Source: a virus
Virus record (IMG/VR): IMGVR_UViG_3300045391_002362
Strand: one strand, 5' to 3'
DNA length: 37,570 nucleotides
Part shown: piece by piece, positions 5,959-15,420 of the stretch
Layout of the letters: the number at the start of each line of letters is the position of its first letter
Numbering within the stretch: the first letter of the stretch is position 1
Translations under genes and position numbers: made by a program
The notes under the pieces: model-generated
Seen by the model: only the letters and a program-made list of their open reading frames with translations
Databases searched by the model: none
Told to the model about the DNA's origin: nothing

Positions 5959-6125
5959 GTTGTTTAGACAAAACATTCTGCGCATCGCCTAATTGTAAAA
6001 ACGAATGCGGTCGTAAAATGACCGATAAAGAGCGAGATGCGCTTGATAGACTGCCACTGCAAGAGCGGGTTATTTCGCAGGCGTATTTTTGCAGTGAGCA
6101 GGCGAATTTAATCGGAGAGCGATAA
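5955..6125 (+). CDS. Hypothetical Cys-rich protein, 56 aa
   Basis: Hand translated: MSCLDKTFCASPNCKNECGRKMTDKERDALDRLPLQERVISQAYFCSEQANLIGER. It has an ATGA overlap upstream and abuts the next ATG. Confidence 0.4.
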   Translation: MSCLDKTFCASPNCKNECGRKMTDKERDALDRLPLQERVISQAYFCSEQANLIGER

Positions 6126-6371
6126 ATGTTGGATAATAAATTAGCGTACATGACACAAATAGCTCAAGACGGATTAGACCGAATGAGCGATATTAGGCAG
6201 AAATTTATCGATTTAGATAATGATTTACAGCAAATAGAATTAGGTATGGACAAATCAGACCAGCCGCGCTACTCACAAACTATGCGCACTATTGCGTTGG
6301 CACGCACGAACCTCGAAACGTCATCAATGTATGCGATTAAATCGCTGTTTATCGCGCACGAATTCAAATGA
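6126..6371 (+). CDS. Hypothetical protein, 81 aa
   Basis: ORF track entry. Confidence 0.5.
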   Translation: MLDNKLAYMTQIAQDGLDRMSDIRQKFIDLDNDLQQIELGMDKSDQPRYSQTMRTIALARTNLETSSMYAIKSLFIAHEFK

Positions 6372-6445
6372 ATCTAAAGCAATTCATTGTAATAACGGTG
6401 GTTTTTGTTTCTATTGGCATGTTCATTGGCTGTCTAATTAATTAA
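6368..6445 (+). CDS. Small single-pass membrane peptide, 25 aa
   Basis: Hand translated: MNLKQFIVITVVFVSIGMFIGCLIN. It has an ATGA overlap. Confidence 0.3.
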   Translation: MNLKQFIVITVVFVSIGMFIGCLIN

Positions 6446-6473
6446 CTTAATTCTTTAGTGATTAGGGTTAAAT

Positions 6474-6713
6474 ATGTCTAATATCGAAATTAATACAGGA
6501 GAAACCATTTGGGTTTTTGGTGATTTTTACTGCGGGGGTGATGATTATGTTGACCCAAGTAACCTAGAATTGAGTTCTCATGTGGTGAATTGTGTTGTCG
6601 AGGGTAATGTAATTTGCGGCGCTCATTCATTCTCGCAATCGATGGTATTTAAAACAAAAGATGCCGCGATTGATGCATTTATTGAGAAATTAGAAATCAT
6701 TAGATATTCTTGA
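6474..6713 (+). CDS. Hypothetical protein, 79 aa
   Basis: ORF track entry. Confidence 0.45.
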   Translation: MSNIEINTGETIWVFGDFYCGGDDYVDPSNLELSSHVVNCVVEGNVICGAHSFSQSMVFKTKDAAIDAFIEKLEIIRYS

Positions 6714-6743
6714 CGTTTAAATTAAATGAGCAAATAATAGTCA

Positions 6744-8282
6744 ATGATTATCAATCAAGACAAAGAGCAGTTATCGTCCGAATTACGAGGTAGTTTGCTG
6801 CGATTTACCCGATTTTTTTACCCAATTTTGACGGGCAGGGATTTTATTGTATCAGAGCCTATTGGCAGAGAGTCGCATCATATCACTATTTGCAGGGCGT
6901 TAACGCAAGTGGCCCGTCTTGAAATACCAAATCACCGTTTATTAATCAATGTAAGCCCAGGAAGTGGGAAATCCACTCTTTTGTCAATGTGGGTTGCGTG
7001 GACGTTAGCGCAGTACCCTGACTCAAGATTTTTGTATATTTCCTATTCTAAAGTAATTGCCTCAAAACACACTGAAACTATTAAACGAATTATGCAGTTG
7101 CAGCATTACAGTTACCTGTTTGATGTCCATATTCGTCATGATTCTAAGGCCCGCGAGTATTTCCAGACAACGGCGGGGGGCGCAGTTGCCGCATTCGGTA
7201 GTTCGGGAAGTATTACGGGCCAAGATAGCGGCCTTCCCGGGTTAGATAGATTTAGTGGTGCATTAATAGTTGATGACCCGACAAAGCCCGATGAGGCACA
7301 CAGCGAAACGATTAGAAAATCAGTTATAGAAAATTATAGAGAGACTATCCAACAACGTGCTAGAGGAACGAACGTGCCGACTATATTTATTGGGCAACGT
7401 TTGCACGAAGACGATTTAGCGGCCTACCTCATTGCAGGCAAAGACGGTTACAACTGGCATAAAATAATACTAAAAAGCATCGATGATGCAGGAAACGCGC
7501 TCTATCCTGAGGTTAATACGCTCGAATCACTACTGATTAAAAAAGAAATTGACCCCTATGTTTTCGCATCGCAGTACCAGCAAGACCCAATACCCGCAGG
7601 GGGAGCACTATTTAAACCGGAGTGGTTTGTGCTGCTCGATGAAGAGCCTGAAATACTCTACAGTTTTATCACGTGCGACACAGCAGAAACGGCAAAATCA
7701 TACAATGATGCAACGGTATTTGGTTTTTTCGGGGTGTATGAAATCGAATCGATGGGCGTTAAAACGGGAATTCACGGGCTTCACTGGATAGACTGTATTG
7801 AAACGCGAGTAGAACCAAAAGATTTAAAGCAAGCGTTTATTGATTTCTGGGCGCAGTGCATGCGTTATAAAAGACCGCCGCAATTGGTTGGTATAGAAAA
7901 GAAATCTACAGGAGGAACATTATTGAGTCTTTTGGATGAAATAAGAACCGTAAGATTAATGGATATACCAAGAAACGCGAACAGTGGCAACAAAACAAAG
8001 CGGTTTTTAGATTGCCAGCCCTACGTTGCCGAAAGAAAAATATCGTTACCCACGTACGGTAAGCATACAAAAATGTGCATAGAGCATATGAGTAAATTAA
8101 CCGCAAACGAAACACACCGATGGGATGATATCGGTGACGTGTTGAGTGATGCTATAAAAATAGCACTAATTGATAAAACTATTATATCATCAACTATTAA
8201 TGCAGTAGACCATTCTGATATTGCTAGCAGATTAATGGGCAAACAGAATAAAATCAATAGATTACGCGATAGACGAGGATAG
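6744..8282 (+). CDS. terL: Large terminase subunit (ATPase plus nuclease)
   Basis: Walker A is VSPGSGKST, Walker B is ALIVDDP, and GQRLHEDD follows. The C-terminal nuclease region contains ITCDTAET. The size and the position upstream of the portal also fit. Confidence 0.9.
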   Translation: MIINQDKEQLSSELRGSLLRFTRFFYPILTGRDFIVSEPIGRESHHITICRALTQVARLEIPNHRLLINVSPGSGKSTLLSMWVAWTLAQYPDSRFLYISYSKVIASKHTETIKRIMQLQHYSYLFDVHIRHDSKAREYFQTTAGGAVAAFGSSGSITGQDSGLPGLDRFSGALIVDDPTKPDEAHSETIRKSVIENYRETIQQRARGTNVPTIFIGQRLHEDDLAAYLIAGKDGYNWHKIILKSIDDAGNALYPEVNTLESLLIKKEIDPYVFASQYQQDPIPAGGALFKPEWFVLLDEEPEILYSFITCDTAETAKSYNDATVFGFFGVYEIESMGVKTGIHGLHWIDCIETRVEPKDLKQAFIDFWAQCMRYKRPPQLVGIEKKSTGGTLLSLLDEIRTVRLMDIPRNANSGNKTKRFLDCQPYVAERKISLPTYGKHTKMCIEHMSKLTANETHRWDDIGDVLSDAIKIALIDKTIISSTINAVDHSDIASRLMGKQNKINRLRDRRG

Positions 8283-8283
8283 C

Positions 8284-10380
8284 ATGCGCAAGGTTCCCGA
8301 TGAGCGCCAAAACGATTTAGCAAAAATTAAGGCGAACGTGCGAAATGCGCACGATTATTTCCGCCCAAATTACGATAGATACAACGATTTCAGACGATTT
8401 GTGTTTGAAACGTCATTGAGCGCTGACGATATAACGCTGCTCGAAACAATGGGTTATCCGCAGCTAGAGTTTAATGTGCTCGAGGCGTATGTTAGTAGAT
8501 TGCTCGGTGAATACTCTAAGCAAGAACCCGACATCGCAGTTAATGCGTATGATGAGCAAAAATCCGACCCAGTCACTATTAAATTTGTAGAGCAGCATTT
8601 GCGCCACGTTTTCGGTGATGATGACAACGCGCATTTACGTTACGAAGTTTATTTGGATGTGCTGTCCGGCGGATTTAGTACGGGCAAGGTCTATACAGAA
8701 TACGAGCATCCCATGAGCATGAATCAAGTTATTAAGTTCATGCGCACGGAACCCACGCTGACGGGCTTTGACCCACTCGCGCGATTAAGTCACAAAGGAG
8801 ATGGTAATTTCTGTTTTGAATTGTTCCCGAAAGAAAAAGAAGTGTTCGAAGAAGAGTACCCCGATGTCTCTATAAAGACGGTTAGTTTTCGCAGGGATTT
8901 TGAGGGGTTTAATTGGTCGTATCAAACGGATAAATCAAAAATAGTATTGGTTGCCGACTACTACAAAAAAGAGCGTAAAGAAGAGTCTATTATTGAGGTT
9001 AAAGACCACGGAGTCATGACAACTAAGCAATATCGAAAGATGCTGGATGAATGGGATGACATTACAATGCCGCCTGGCACTGTCGGTAAGCCTCGAAAAA
9101 CATTGATTGATAGCATTAATAGGTATCGCATCGTAGAAAACGAGGTTATAGAGTTTGAAGAGACTGATTTTAGGTACTTGCCTCTTGTGTTTATAGATGG
9201 TCATTCGCTATTAATTCGAGCTAATAAAAACAGTAATATACGCCAAGTAACTCGCCCCTACGTTTATCATGCTAGAGGCGCACAACGCTTAAAGAATTTC
9301 GCGGGTATCTCACTAGCAAACGAGATTGAAAACACCGTGCAGCATAAATTCATGGTTGCTAAAGAGGCGCTCCCGAAAGAAGAAGACTATTTAGATGCTT
9401 ACAAAGACGTGCAGCGACAAAGCGTCCTTGTTTATAACTCCGTCTATGAAAACAACCCCGACCAGCCTATTGCAAATCCCATTCGAGAAGTTCAACGTGT
9501 ACCGCCGCCCCCTCAGATAGTTGAAGCATTTACTGGTGCTGATTCGCTAATTCAGAATGTGTTAGGCTCCTACGATGCAAGTCTTGGCATCAATAATAAC
9601 CAGTTGTCAGGTGTTGCAATCGTTGAAGCCGCAAGTCAGTCCAATGCAACCGCGATGCCTTATATTGTAGGCGTAATGCAAGGATTCCAGCGCATGGCTC
9701 AAATCTACGTTGACCTGATGCCAAAATACATCACCACCCCTCGAACGATGCCGATTATTGATGACAAGGGCAAGAAACATGCAGTTCTTATTAATCAACC
9801 CGATGGCTTGCCGCTAGATTTTGACCCGAATGTATTAAATGTATCGCTCAAAGCGGGCGCGTCATTCCAAGTTCAAAAATCCCGAACGATTATGATGGTG
9901 AAAGAAATGATGGGAATTTCACCGTTGTTCAGTCAGTTCATCGCGGAAAAGGGTCTGAATTTTGTTCTGGATAACATGGAAGGCAAAGGAATTGAAGAAT
10001 TAAAAGCGTTAACAGATGAATGGCTGCAACAATACCAGCAAGAAAAGGCACAAGCACAGCAGCAACAACAGCAAAACCCTGCCGCGATGAAGGCGCAAGT
10101 TGATATGGCCAAATTACAACAACAAGGCCAGATTGACCAAGCAAAATTACAATTAGATATGGCCAAGCTTCAAGCTGACCACCAAAAAGTGATGGCAGAT
10201 TTACATTTAGGGCAACAATCAGCGCACGTTCAAATGGCAAAAGCCGAGGCTGAAATATACGGCAAAAAAGTTGATTTAGAATTGCAGCACAAAGAGCAGC
10301 GCCACAAACACGCCAAGGAGGCGATAGAATTGCATCATACTATTCATAATAAACAACATGAGAGAGTGCATCATGAGTAA
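8284..10380 (+). CDS. Portal protein, P22-like, with long Q/K/H-rich C-terminal coiled coil
   Basis: 698 aa immediately after terL. The C-terminal segment NMEGKGIEELKAL...QNPAAMKAQVDMAKLQQQGQ resembles the P22 gp1 barrel region as I recall it. Confidence 0.85.
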   Translation: MRKVPDERQNDLAKIKANVRNAHDYFRPNYDRYNDFRRFVFETSLSADDITLLETMGYPQLEFNVLEAYVSRLLGEYSKQEPDIAVNAYDEQKSDPVTIKFVEQHLRHVFGDDDNAHLRYEVYLDVLSGGFSTGKVYTEYEHPMSMNQVIKFMRTEPTLTGFDPLARLSHKGDGNFCFELFPKEKEVFEEEYPDVSIKTVSFRRDFEGFNWSYQTDKSKIVLVADYYKKERKEESIIEVKDHGVMTTKQYRKMLDEWDDITMPPGTVGKPRKTLIDSINRYRIVENEVIEFEETDFRYLPLVFIDGHSLLIRANKNSNIRQVTRPYVYHARGAQRLKNFAGISLANEIENTVQHKFMVAKEALPKEEDYLDAYKDVQRQSVLVYNSVYENNPDQPIANPIREVQRVPPPPQIVEAFTGADSLIQNVLGSYDASLGINNNQLSGVAIVEAASQSNATAMPYIVGVMQGFQRMAQIYVDLMPKYITTPRTMPIIDDKGKKHAVLINQPDGLPLDFDPNVLNVSLKAGASFQVQKSRTIMMVKEMMGISPLFSQFIAEKGLNFVLDNMEGKGIEELKALTDEWLQQYQQEKAQAQQQQQQNPAAMKAQVDMAKLQQQGQIDQAKLQLDMAKLQADHQKVMADLHLGQQSAHVQMAKAEAEIYGKKVDLELQHKEQRHKHAKEAIELHHTIHNKQHERVHHE

Positions 10381-10543
10381 AATCACATGGCAGGACATGA
10401 AAGAGGCAACCGCCAAAGAACTAAAAACTACCTACAAACTAAATGATATGCAACTAGAAATGCAGGTAAGACGTCATTTAGATGGGGCGAATCTTGAAGA
10501 GCGAAGGGGCGTTTATAAAGAAGTTTATGATAAAAAGAGGTAA
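10373..10543 (+). CDS. Hypothetical protein, 56 aa
   Basis: In-frame ATG at 10373 gives an 8-nt ATGAGTAA overlap with the portal stop. The track start at 10358 is also possible. Confidence 0.4.
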   Translation: MSKITWQDMKEATAKELKTTYKLNDMQLEMQVRRHLDGANLEERRGVYKEVYDKKR

Positions 10544-10545
10544 TT

Positions 10546-10686
10546 ATGCCGTTAAAAAAAGGGTCATCAAAAAAAGTTATAAGTGAAAACATTTCAGAGC
10601 TAAGGCATTCTGGCAGACCTGAAAATCAAAGCATAGCTATTGCCCTGTCTGAAGCCCGAAAAAACAAGAAAGGAAAGAAAAAATGA
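10546..10686 (+). CDS. Small basic protein, DUF6496-like ([12 protein letters not shown] motif), 46 aa
   Basis: Hand translated: [46 protein letters not shown]. The motif is recalled from a conserved small-protein family. Confidence 0.45.
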   Translation: MPLKKGSSKKVISENISELRHSGRPENQSIAIALSEARKNKKGKKK

Positions 10687-10787
10687 AAGACAAACCAAAA
10701 AGCGGCATGAGCAAAAAGCGTCACACGGACGAAAAAGAAGATAAAAAATTAATTAAAAAGATGGTTAAAAAGCCATGCATGAAATAA
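10683..10787 (+). CDS. Small lysine-rich protein, 34 aa
   Basis: Hand translated: [34 protein letters not shown]. It has an ATGA overlap. Confidence 0.35.
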   Translation: MKDKPKSGMSKKRHTDEKEDKKLIKKMVKKPCMK

Positions 10788-10993
10788 ATAAGGCCCTCAA
10801 TGACTTAAATGTAATGCGTGAGGAGTTCGAGCAATCAATCACTATAATGATTGAAGGCATGGATACACTAAATAAACGTATAGAGCGAATAGAAAAATGG
10901 CTATTAGAAGAGAACCTGTTAAAAATAGAGCGGTCAAAAATCCATACGATAGACACGAGGAGCGCGTTACAGAGAAAGCCTTTAAATCGGTAG
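10775..10993 (+). CDS. Hypothetical coiled-coil protein, 72 aa
   Basis: ORF track entry. Its 3' part overlaps an alternative 56-aa basic ORF (10897..11067), so the extent is uncertain. Confidence 0.35.
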   Translation: MHEINKALNDLNVMREEFEQSITIMIEGMDTLNKRIERIEKWLLEENLLKIERSKIHTIDTRSALQRKPLNR

Positions 10994-11078
10994 AAAAATC
11001 TGTAAAACCCGTTGCAAAAGACACGAACAAAACAAGACGGGTCATGAAAAAACCAACATCAAAATAAGGAATTTAGCC

Positions 11079-11234
11079 ATGATTAGCGAACTAACCAAAA
11101 TAGGATTGGGTTTATTGGATAGGGTTCTGGTTGACGTAGAGCCGGAAATAGAAGAGTGGCTAATCAATGAGTTAAAAATTTCGGCTAATCATATACAATA
11201 TTATCTGGCCGAAAAAATGGGCGAATCTAAATAA
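11079..11234 (+). CDS. Hypothetical protein, 51 aa
   Basis: Hand translated: MISELTKIGLGLLDRVLVDVEPEIEEWLINELKISANHIQYYLAEKMGESK. Confidence 0.35.
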   Translation: MISELTKIGLGLLDRVLVDVEPEIEEWLINELKISANHIQYYLAEKMGESK

Positions 11235-11246
11235 CCGGAGAGCGGC

Positions 11247-11441
11247 ATGGAATACAAATGCAAAAGCGGCATGATTGATAATAGAATGGTTAAAGACAAC
11301 CATCAACAAGGTATTGAGCGAGTAAAGCAGCGTAAAGAAGACCGTAATGATGTGGCAGGTCATAATGGCAAAATGGGGATGCATAAGGGGAGCGAATCTC
11401 ATTGGAAACGTGGCGATTCATTGACTCCACGGAAGGCTTAA
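11247..11441 (+). CDS. Hypothetical basic protein, 64 aa
   Basis: ORF track entry with GGAGAG RBS. Confidence 0.45.
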   Translation: MEYKCKSGMIDNRMVKDNHQQGIERVKQRKEDRNDVAGHNGKMGMHKGSESHWKRGDSLTPRKA

Positions 11442-11444
11442 ATC

Positions 11445-12332
11445 ATGACTAAAGTCTATCAATTACCCACCCAAATTACGGGTACTGTTGGGGTTTTACC
11501 TACCCAGAAATATGCTATATTTGGCGATGATTTAGCGACCGTTACAACGGCGGGTTATTTAAATCAAGCAAGTTTAGAAGCAAATCCCGTGTCAGCATCT
11601 GATATTATCCAAGCGCTTTATTCCTATAATTTACAAACTAAAACAGGAACCTACGGGGTATTTACGGTAGCTATTAACAATTTAGGCGTAATTACATTAA
11701 CCGCATGGTCAAGTCCCGGGGATGTAGTGCTGCCCGTTGTTGACAATGATTTTGCAGTGTTTAACGGCACGAGCGGGCAATTACAGGATGCGGGTTACTC
11801 GCCTACTGACCCCGCAAAAACAAAAGTGGTCATGCTCAATGCAGCGCCTACTATTAATCACGTGGCTATTTTTACCAGTGCTAACGGCACTATTGGTGAT
11901 GGCGGCGTGCTCGGAACTGCTGCAGCTAAAGCGGCATCAGATAACACAAAGGCCACCGTTGCATCTGTTAATGCAGCGACTACCGCAAACAACTTTGCAA
12001 TGTTTACAGATAATGCCGGAACGGTTGGTGATATATTAAAAGCTGACGGCATTGAGGCGGCAAATGCTGTTACTGCAAGCGGTAAAGCGGGGGTTATTAC
12101 GACCTCAGCATTAACCACGGCTGCAGGGGCGAGTTACGCCATTACGTGGACTAATACGCAAATTGCTGCGGCATCATCCATTCAATTGACGCTAATGGGT
12201 GGTACTAACACAGTTAAAAGCATCACATTAGAAGCCACTGCAGGGGCTGGCACATCGACATTGACAATATACAACGTAGGGCCAACCGACCCATTAGATG
12301 GCACGCTGTTGATTGGTTATGTCGTTGTTTAA
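11445..12332 (+). CDS. Fibre-like or decoration-like structural protein with three FxGTxGxxxDxG repeats
   Basis: 295 aa and rich in A/T/G/S. The repeats are DNDFAVFNGTSGQLQDAGY, INHVAIFTSANGTIGDGGV and NNFAMFTDNAGTVGDILKADG. Confidence 0.5.
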   Translation: MTKVYQLPTQITGTVGVLPTQKYAIFGDDLATVTTAGYLNQASLEANPVSASDIIQALYSYNLQTKTGTYGVFTVAINNLGVITLTAWSSPGDVVLPVVDNDFAVFNGTSGQLQDAGYSPTDPAKTKVVMLNAAPTINHVAIFTSANGTIGDGGVLGTAAAKAASDNTKATVASVNAATTANNFAMFTDNAGTVGDILKADGIEAANAVTASGKAGVITTSALTTAAGASYAITWTNTQIAAASSIQLTLMGGTNTVKSITLEATAGAGTSTLTIYNVGPTDPLDGTLLIGYVVV

Positions 12333-12471
12333 TTATTAACAATAAAGTAAAATATTTTATTTACGAGACCCGCGCGTAAGTCGGGGCAATTTAGCGTGAC
12401 GGCGTTAATAGTCCGATACCTGAACCGAACAGGGCATTACCGTGGCGGGGGAACAGCCGGAGGATAGTTTT

Positions 12472-13155
12472 GTGGATACAGCAAACGAGAGTACAGTAAA
12501 TAGCGAACATCAAGCGGAAACGTCTACACAAAAAGAAGAAAGGCTTTTTAGGCAGGCAGAACTTAACGAGATTGTTGGACGAGCCAAACATGAGGCGGTG
12601 GAGTCATACAAACGACAGCACCAAAATCAAGCAAGCTCATCCCCCCCAGCAATGCGTTCGGGAATGTCTGAAGACGATGTTAGGCGATTAACAAGCGAGG
12701 AGCTAAGCAGGCAGCGCGAGACTTGGGAAAAAGAATCAAGAGAGCGCATGAATGCTGAAGCTGCCGAGCGAGTGGTCAATGCCTACCGCGAAAAAATTGG
12801 AGCGGGTAAAGAGAAATATCAAGATTTTGAACAGGTTACCGGCAACGTTGATATGAGGCGTTATCCACATGTGGTTCAACTCTTAGCGGACCACGTCGAT
12901 AATGCGCACGATGTGCTGTATCATCTGGCAAATAATCGTTCAAAAATGGTCAATCTCGAAATTGCCGCCAATCATTCACCTGAAGATGCTATTTACGAAA
13001 TACAACGATTAGCTAAATCGATTAAATCAAACGAGGAATCGAGCAATGCTAAGACGTCTCGTGCGCCGCTATCGCAGCAACGCCCTTCCATATCTAGTGT
13101 AGATTCCGGCGGTGCATTGTCTATGGCTGATTTAAAGCGCAAATACAAAGGATGA
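12472..13155 (+). CDS. Scaffolding protein
   Basis: Charged, helical, E/R/K/Q-rich protein immediately upstream of the coat gene. GTG at 12472 is preceded by GGAGGA at 7 nt. The track start GTG 12442 has no RBS. Confidence 0.6.
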   Translation: MDTANESTVNSEHQAETSTQKEERLFRQAELNEIVGRAKHEAVESYKRQHQNQASSSPPAMRSGMSEDDVRRLTSEELSRQRETWEKESRERMNAEAAERVVNAYREKIGAGKEKYQDFEQVTGNVDMRRYPHVVQLLADHVDNAHDVLYHLANNRSKMVNLEIAANHSPEDAIYEIQRLAKSIKSNEESSNAKTSRAPLSQQRPSISSVDSGGALSMADLKRKYKG

Positions 13156-13198
13156 TGTCAGCCGGAATCTTCTATCAACCTAATAGAGGATTCATTAA

Positions 13199-14518
13199 AT
13201 GGCTGTTTTTCCTAATAATATTTTACAGCAGGTCCAAACCTATCAACGTTCGGGGCTTGCTTTGCTGCAAAACCTGTGCTGTCACATTGCTACAGCAAAT
13301 ACTAAATTCAAAGATTTTGATAAAATCCAAGCGAACCTTGGTTCAACTGTTACATTTGACTTACCCCCACGCGCAACCACCGCAAAAGGGCTTGTTGCAT
13401 CATTTCAAACTGCAGAGCAGCGTGTTCAACAATTGGTTTGTGACCAAGCTAACAACAGTTCATTTGCTGTGACTTCTCAACAACGTATTTTCAATTTAGA
13501 AAAGGGCGAAGAGGATTACATGCGAGTTTTCGGTAAATCCTTTATTGCTGAATTGGCAACCGAAGTTGAAGCGGACGTTGCGAAAAACTGGGATAGCTCC
13601 GTGCAAAGTCAATTGCCGGGCGGTACTTTAAACACGTTCTCAGGCCCCTACCGTTTTTTTGGCAATGGCTCTACTGCACTAACAAGCTATCAACAATTAG
13701 CACAAGCCATCATGTACTTTAAAAACTACGGCTCTGTCGCTGAAGGCATTAAAGTGTACCTTCCCGATACCGTTGTTCCATCAATTGTTGGTAATGGGTT
13801 AAATCAATTTGTACCGCATAGAAACGATGAAATTGCGATGAGCTGGGAAATTGGCGACTTTGGAACGCCGTTAGTGTCTTATTATCAGTCAAACTTAATG
13901 CCGTTGCACGTTTCCGGTAATACAGGCGTCTTGCAGCAAACATTGACCGTTATTTCTACAAATGACCCAACCGGTAACAATGTAACCCAAATTACAGTGA
14001 GTGGCGCAACCGCCAGTGATGCGAGCGCTGTGTTTTCCGGCGACCTGTTCGAGTTCCAAGATGGCGTATCGGGTCAGCCCAACATGCGTTATTTGACGTT
14101 TATCGGGCATCGCCCAAGTGCAAACCCTGTGCAATTTAGAGTAACTGCCAATGCTGTTGCTGATGCATCCGGTAATGTTGTGCTAAACATCACACCCGCA
14201 TTAAATTGGGCTGGTGGTCGTAATCAAAACCTTAATAATCCCATTGCAGCGGGCATGCAAATCCTTGGTTTACCATCGCATCGAGCAGGCGGTATTTTGG
14301 GTGGCGATGCGTTTTATCTCGCAATGCCTCAATTACCTGAGCAAAGCCCCTACGATACAGCTAATGAATACGATGAAGATACTGGTGTCTCATTGCGATT
14401 GACTTATGGTTCATTGTTTGGTCAGAACCAGACCGGAATGATTTATGATGAAACGCACGGCTCAGTAATTGTGCCTGAGTATTCAATGCGGTTTGTTATT
14501 CCATTGTCTCAGGGTTAA
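13199..14518 (+). CDS. Major capsid protein, P22 coat-like (HK97 fold)
   Basis: 439 aa after the scaffold gene, with AGAGGA RBS. The N-terminal pattern FKDFDKIQANLGSTVTFDLPPR fits the P22-coat family pattern as recalled. Confidence 0.8.
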   Translation: MAVFPNNILQQVQTYQRSGLALLQNLCCHIATANTKFKDFDKIQANLGSTVTFDLPPRATTAKGLVASFQTAEQRVQQLVCDQANNSSFAVTSQQRIFNLEKGEEDYMRVFGKSFIAELATEVEADVAKNWDSSVQSQLPGGTLNTFSGPYRFFGNGSTALTSYQQLAQAIMYFKNYGSVAEGIKVYLPDTVVPSIVGNGLNQFVPHRNDEIAMSWEIGDFGTPLVSYYQSNLMPLHVSGNTGVLQQTLTVISTNDPTGNNVTQITVSGATASDASAVFSGDLFEFQDGVSGQPNMRYLTFIGHRPSANPVQFRVTANAVADASGNVVLNITPALNWAGGRNQNLNNPIAAGMQILGLPSHRAGGILGGDAFYLAMPQLPEQSPYDTANEYDEDTGVSLRLTYGSLFGQNQTGMIYDETHGSVIVPEYSMRFVIPLSQG

Positions 14519-14562
14519 TTAATTAATGCGGATGTAATAATCCGCCTACAAGAGGTTTTATT

Positions 14563-15399
14563 ATGGCTACTGTACAAAGTGCAAATACAACACAAAACGA
14601 CCCGATTTATTCATTACCGTTTTTGTATATTTCTGGGTTAAATATTTCTGTCGCGTCTACGACTATTATTGCAATTGCACCGGGGCAGGCGCGAGATTCG
14701 AACGACAACATTGACATGCCAGTAGGATTCCCAAATCTTCAGGGTGATGTTGAACCGTCTGTATATATTCAAGATTACCGTCAACCCTTGTTATTAAATT
14801 CTGCGGTGACTGGTGCTAACGGGTTAGACCGTGGAACATTGGCTGCAAGCTCTAGTTATTGTGTGTGGTTAATTGGGGATTCTCGCGGTTACAAACCGGT
14901 TGCGGGGTTAATTAGTTTATCGTCCAATGCCTATCCATTAATGCCATTAGGTTACGACTCCTTGAGATTGTTGGGGTTTGTTACGACATCCGCTGGCACA
15001 GCGTTTCAGGCAGCATCGTTATTAAATACGGCCTACTCTAAAGCGTATTATTTGCAGCCTCCCGTGTCTGAAGTGGCGGCAGGTAATGCTACAACATTCA
15101 CAGCAGTTGACTTGGCAAGCTCCATTCCTACGACTACTTCGCCATTTGTTATTGCCTTTTTGTTGGTGACATTCACGCCCGCAGCAGCAGCGAGTAACGT
15201 GCAATTTCGCCCCACAGGCAGTACCGCTACTACTAACTTAGTTACTATTTCTGCAATTAGTGCAGGCGTTCCGCAACAGCAATACGTGCAAGTTATTTGT
15301 GGCGTATCAGGTGGGCAGCCAAGTATTGATTACAAGGTAACAAGTGCCAGTGATGCGGTCACTGTATTAGTAACTGGTTACGCCGTAACGTTGGCTTAA
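14563..15399 (+). CDS. Structural protein of unknown role (beta-rich, A/S/T-rich)
   Basis: 278 aa between the coat and adaptor genes. Confidence 0.45.
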   Translation: MATVQSANTTQNDPIYSLPFLYISGLNISVASTTIIAIAPGQARDSNDNIDMPVGFPNLQGDVEPSVYIQDYRQPLLLNSAVTGANGLDRGTLAASSSYCVWLIGDSRGYKPVAGLISLSSNAYPLMPLGYDSLRLLGFVTTSAGTAFQAASLLNTAYSKAYYLQPPVSEVAAGNATTFTAVDLASSIPTTTSPFVIAFLLVTFTPAAAASNVQFRPTGSTATTNLVTISAISAGVPQQQYVQVICGVSGGQPSIDYKVTSASDAVTVLVTGYAVTLA

Positions 15400-15420
15400 T
15401 TTAACTCACGAGGGGGTGAC

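Noticed and set aside
5434-6151. Minus-strand ORFs 5434..5718 and 5924..6151
   Set aside because: They are antisense to a continuous chain of translationally coupled plus-strand ORFs, and no promoter or RBS is evident.
10897-11067. Programmed -1 frameshift joining 10775..10993 to the overlapping 56-aa basic ORF
   Set aside because: There is no canonical X_XXY_YYZ slippery heptamer at the overlap (only gaaaaat). It is more likely that one of the two ORFs is simply mis-delimited.
12333-12471. tRNA or structured RNA in the 139-bp gap before the scaffold gene
   Set aside because: Only weak 4-bp pairings were found by eye. There is no cloverleaf and no strong promoter or terminator.
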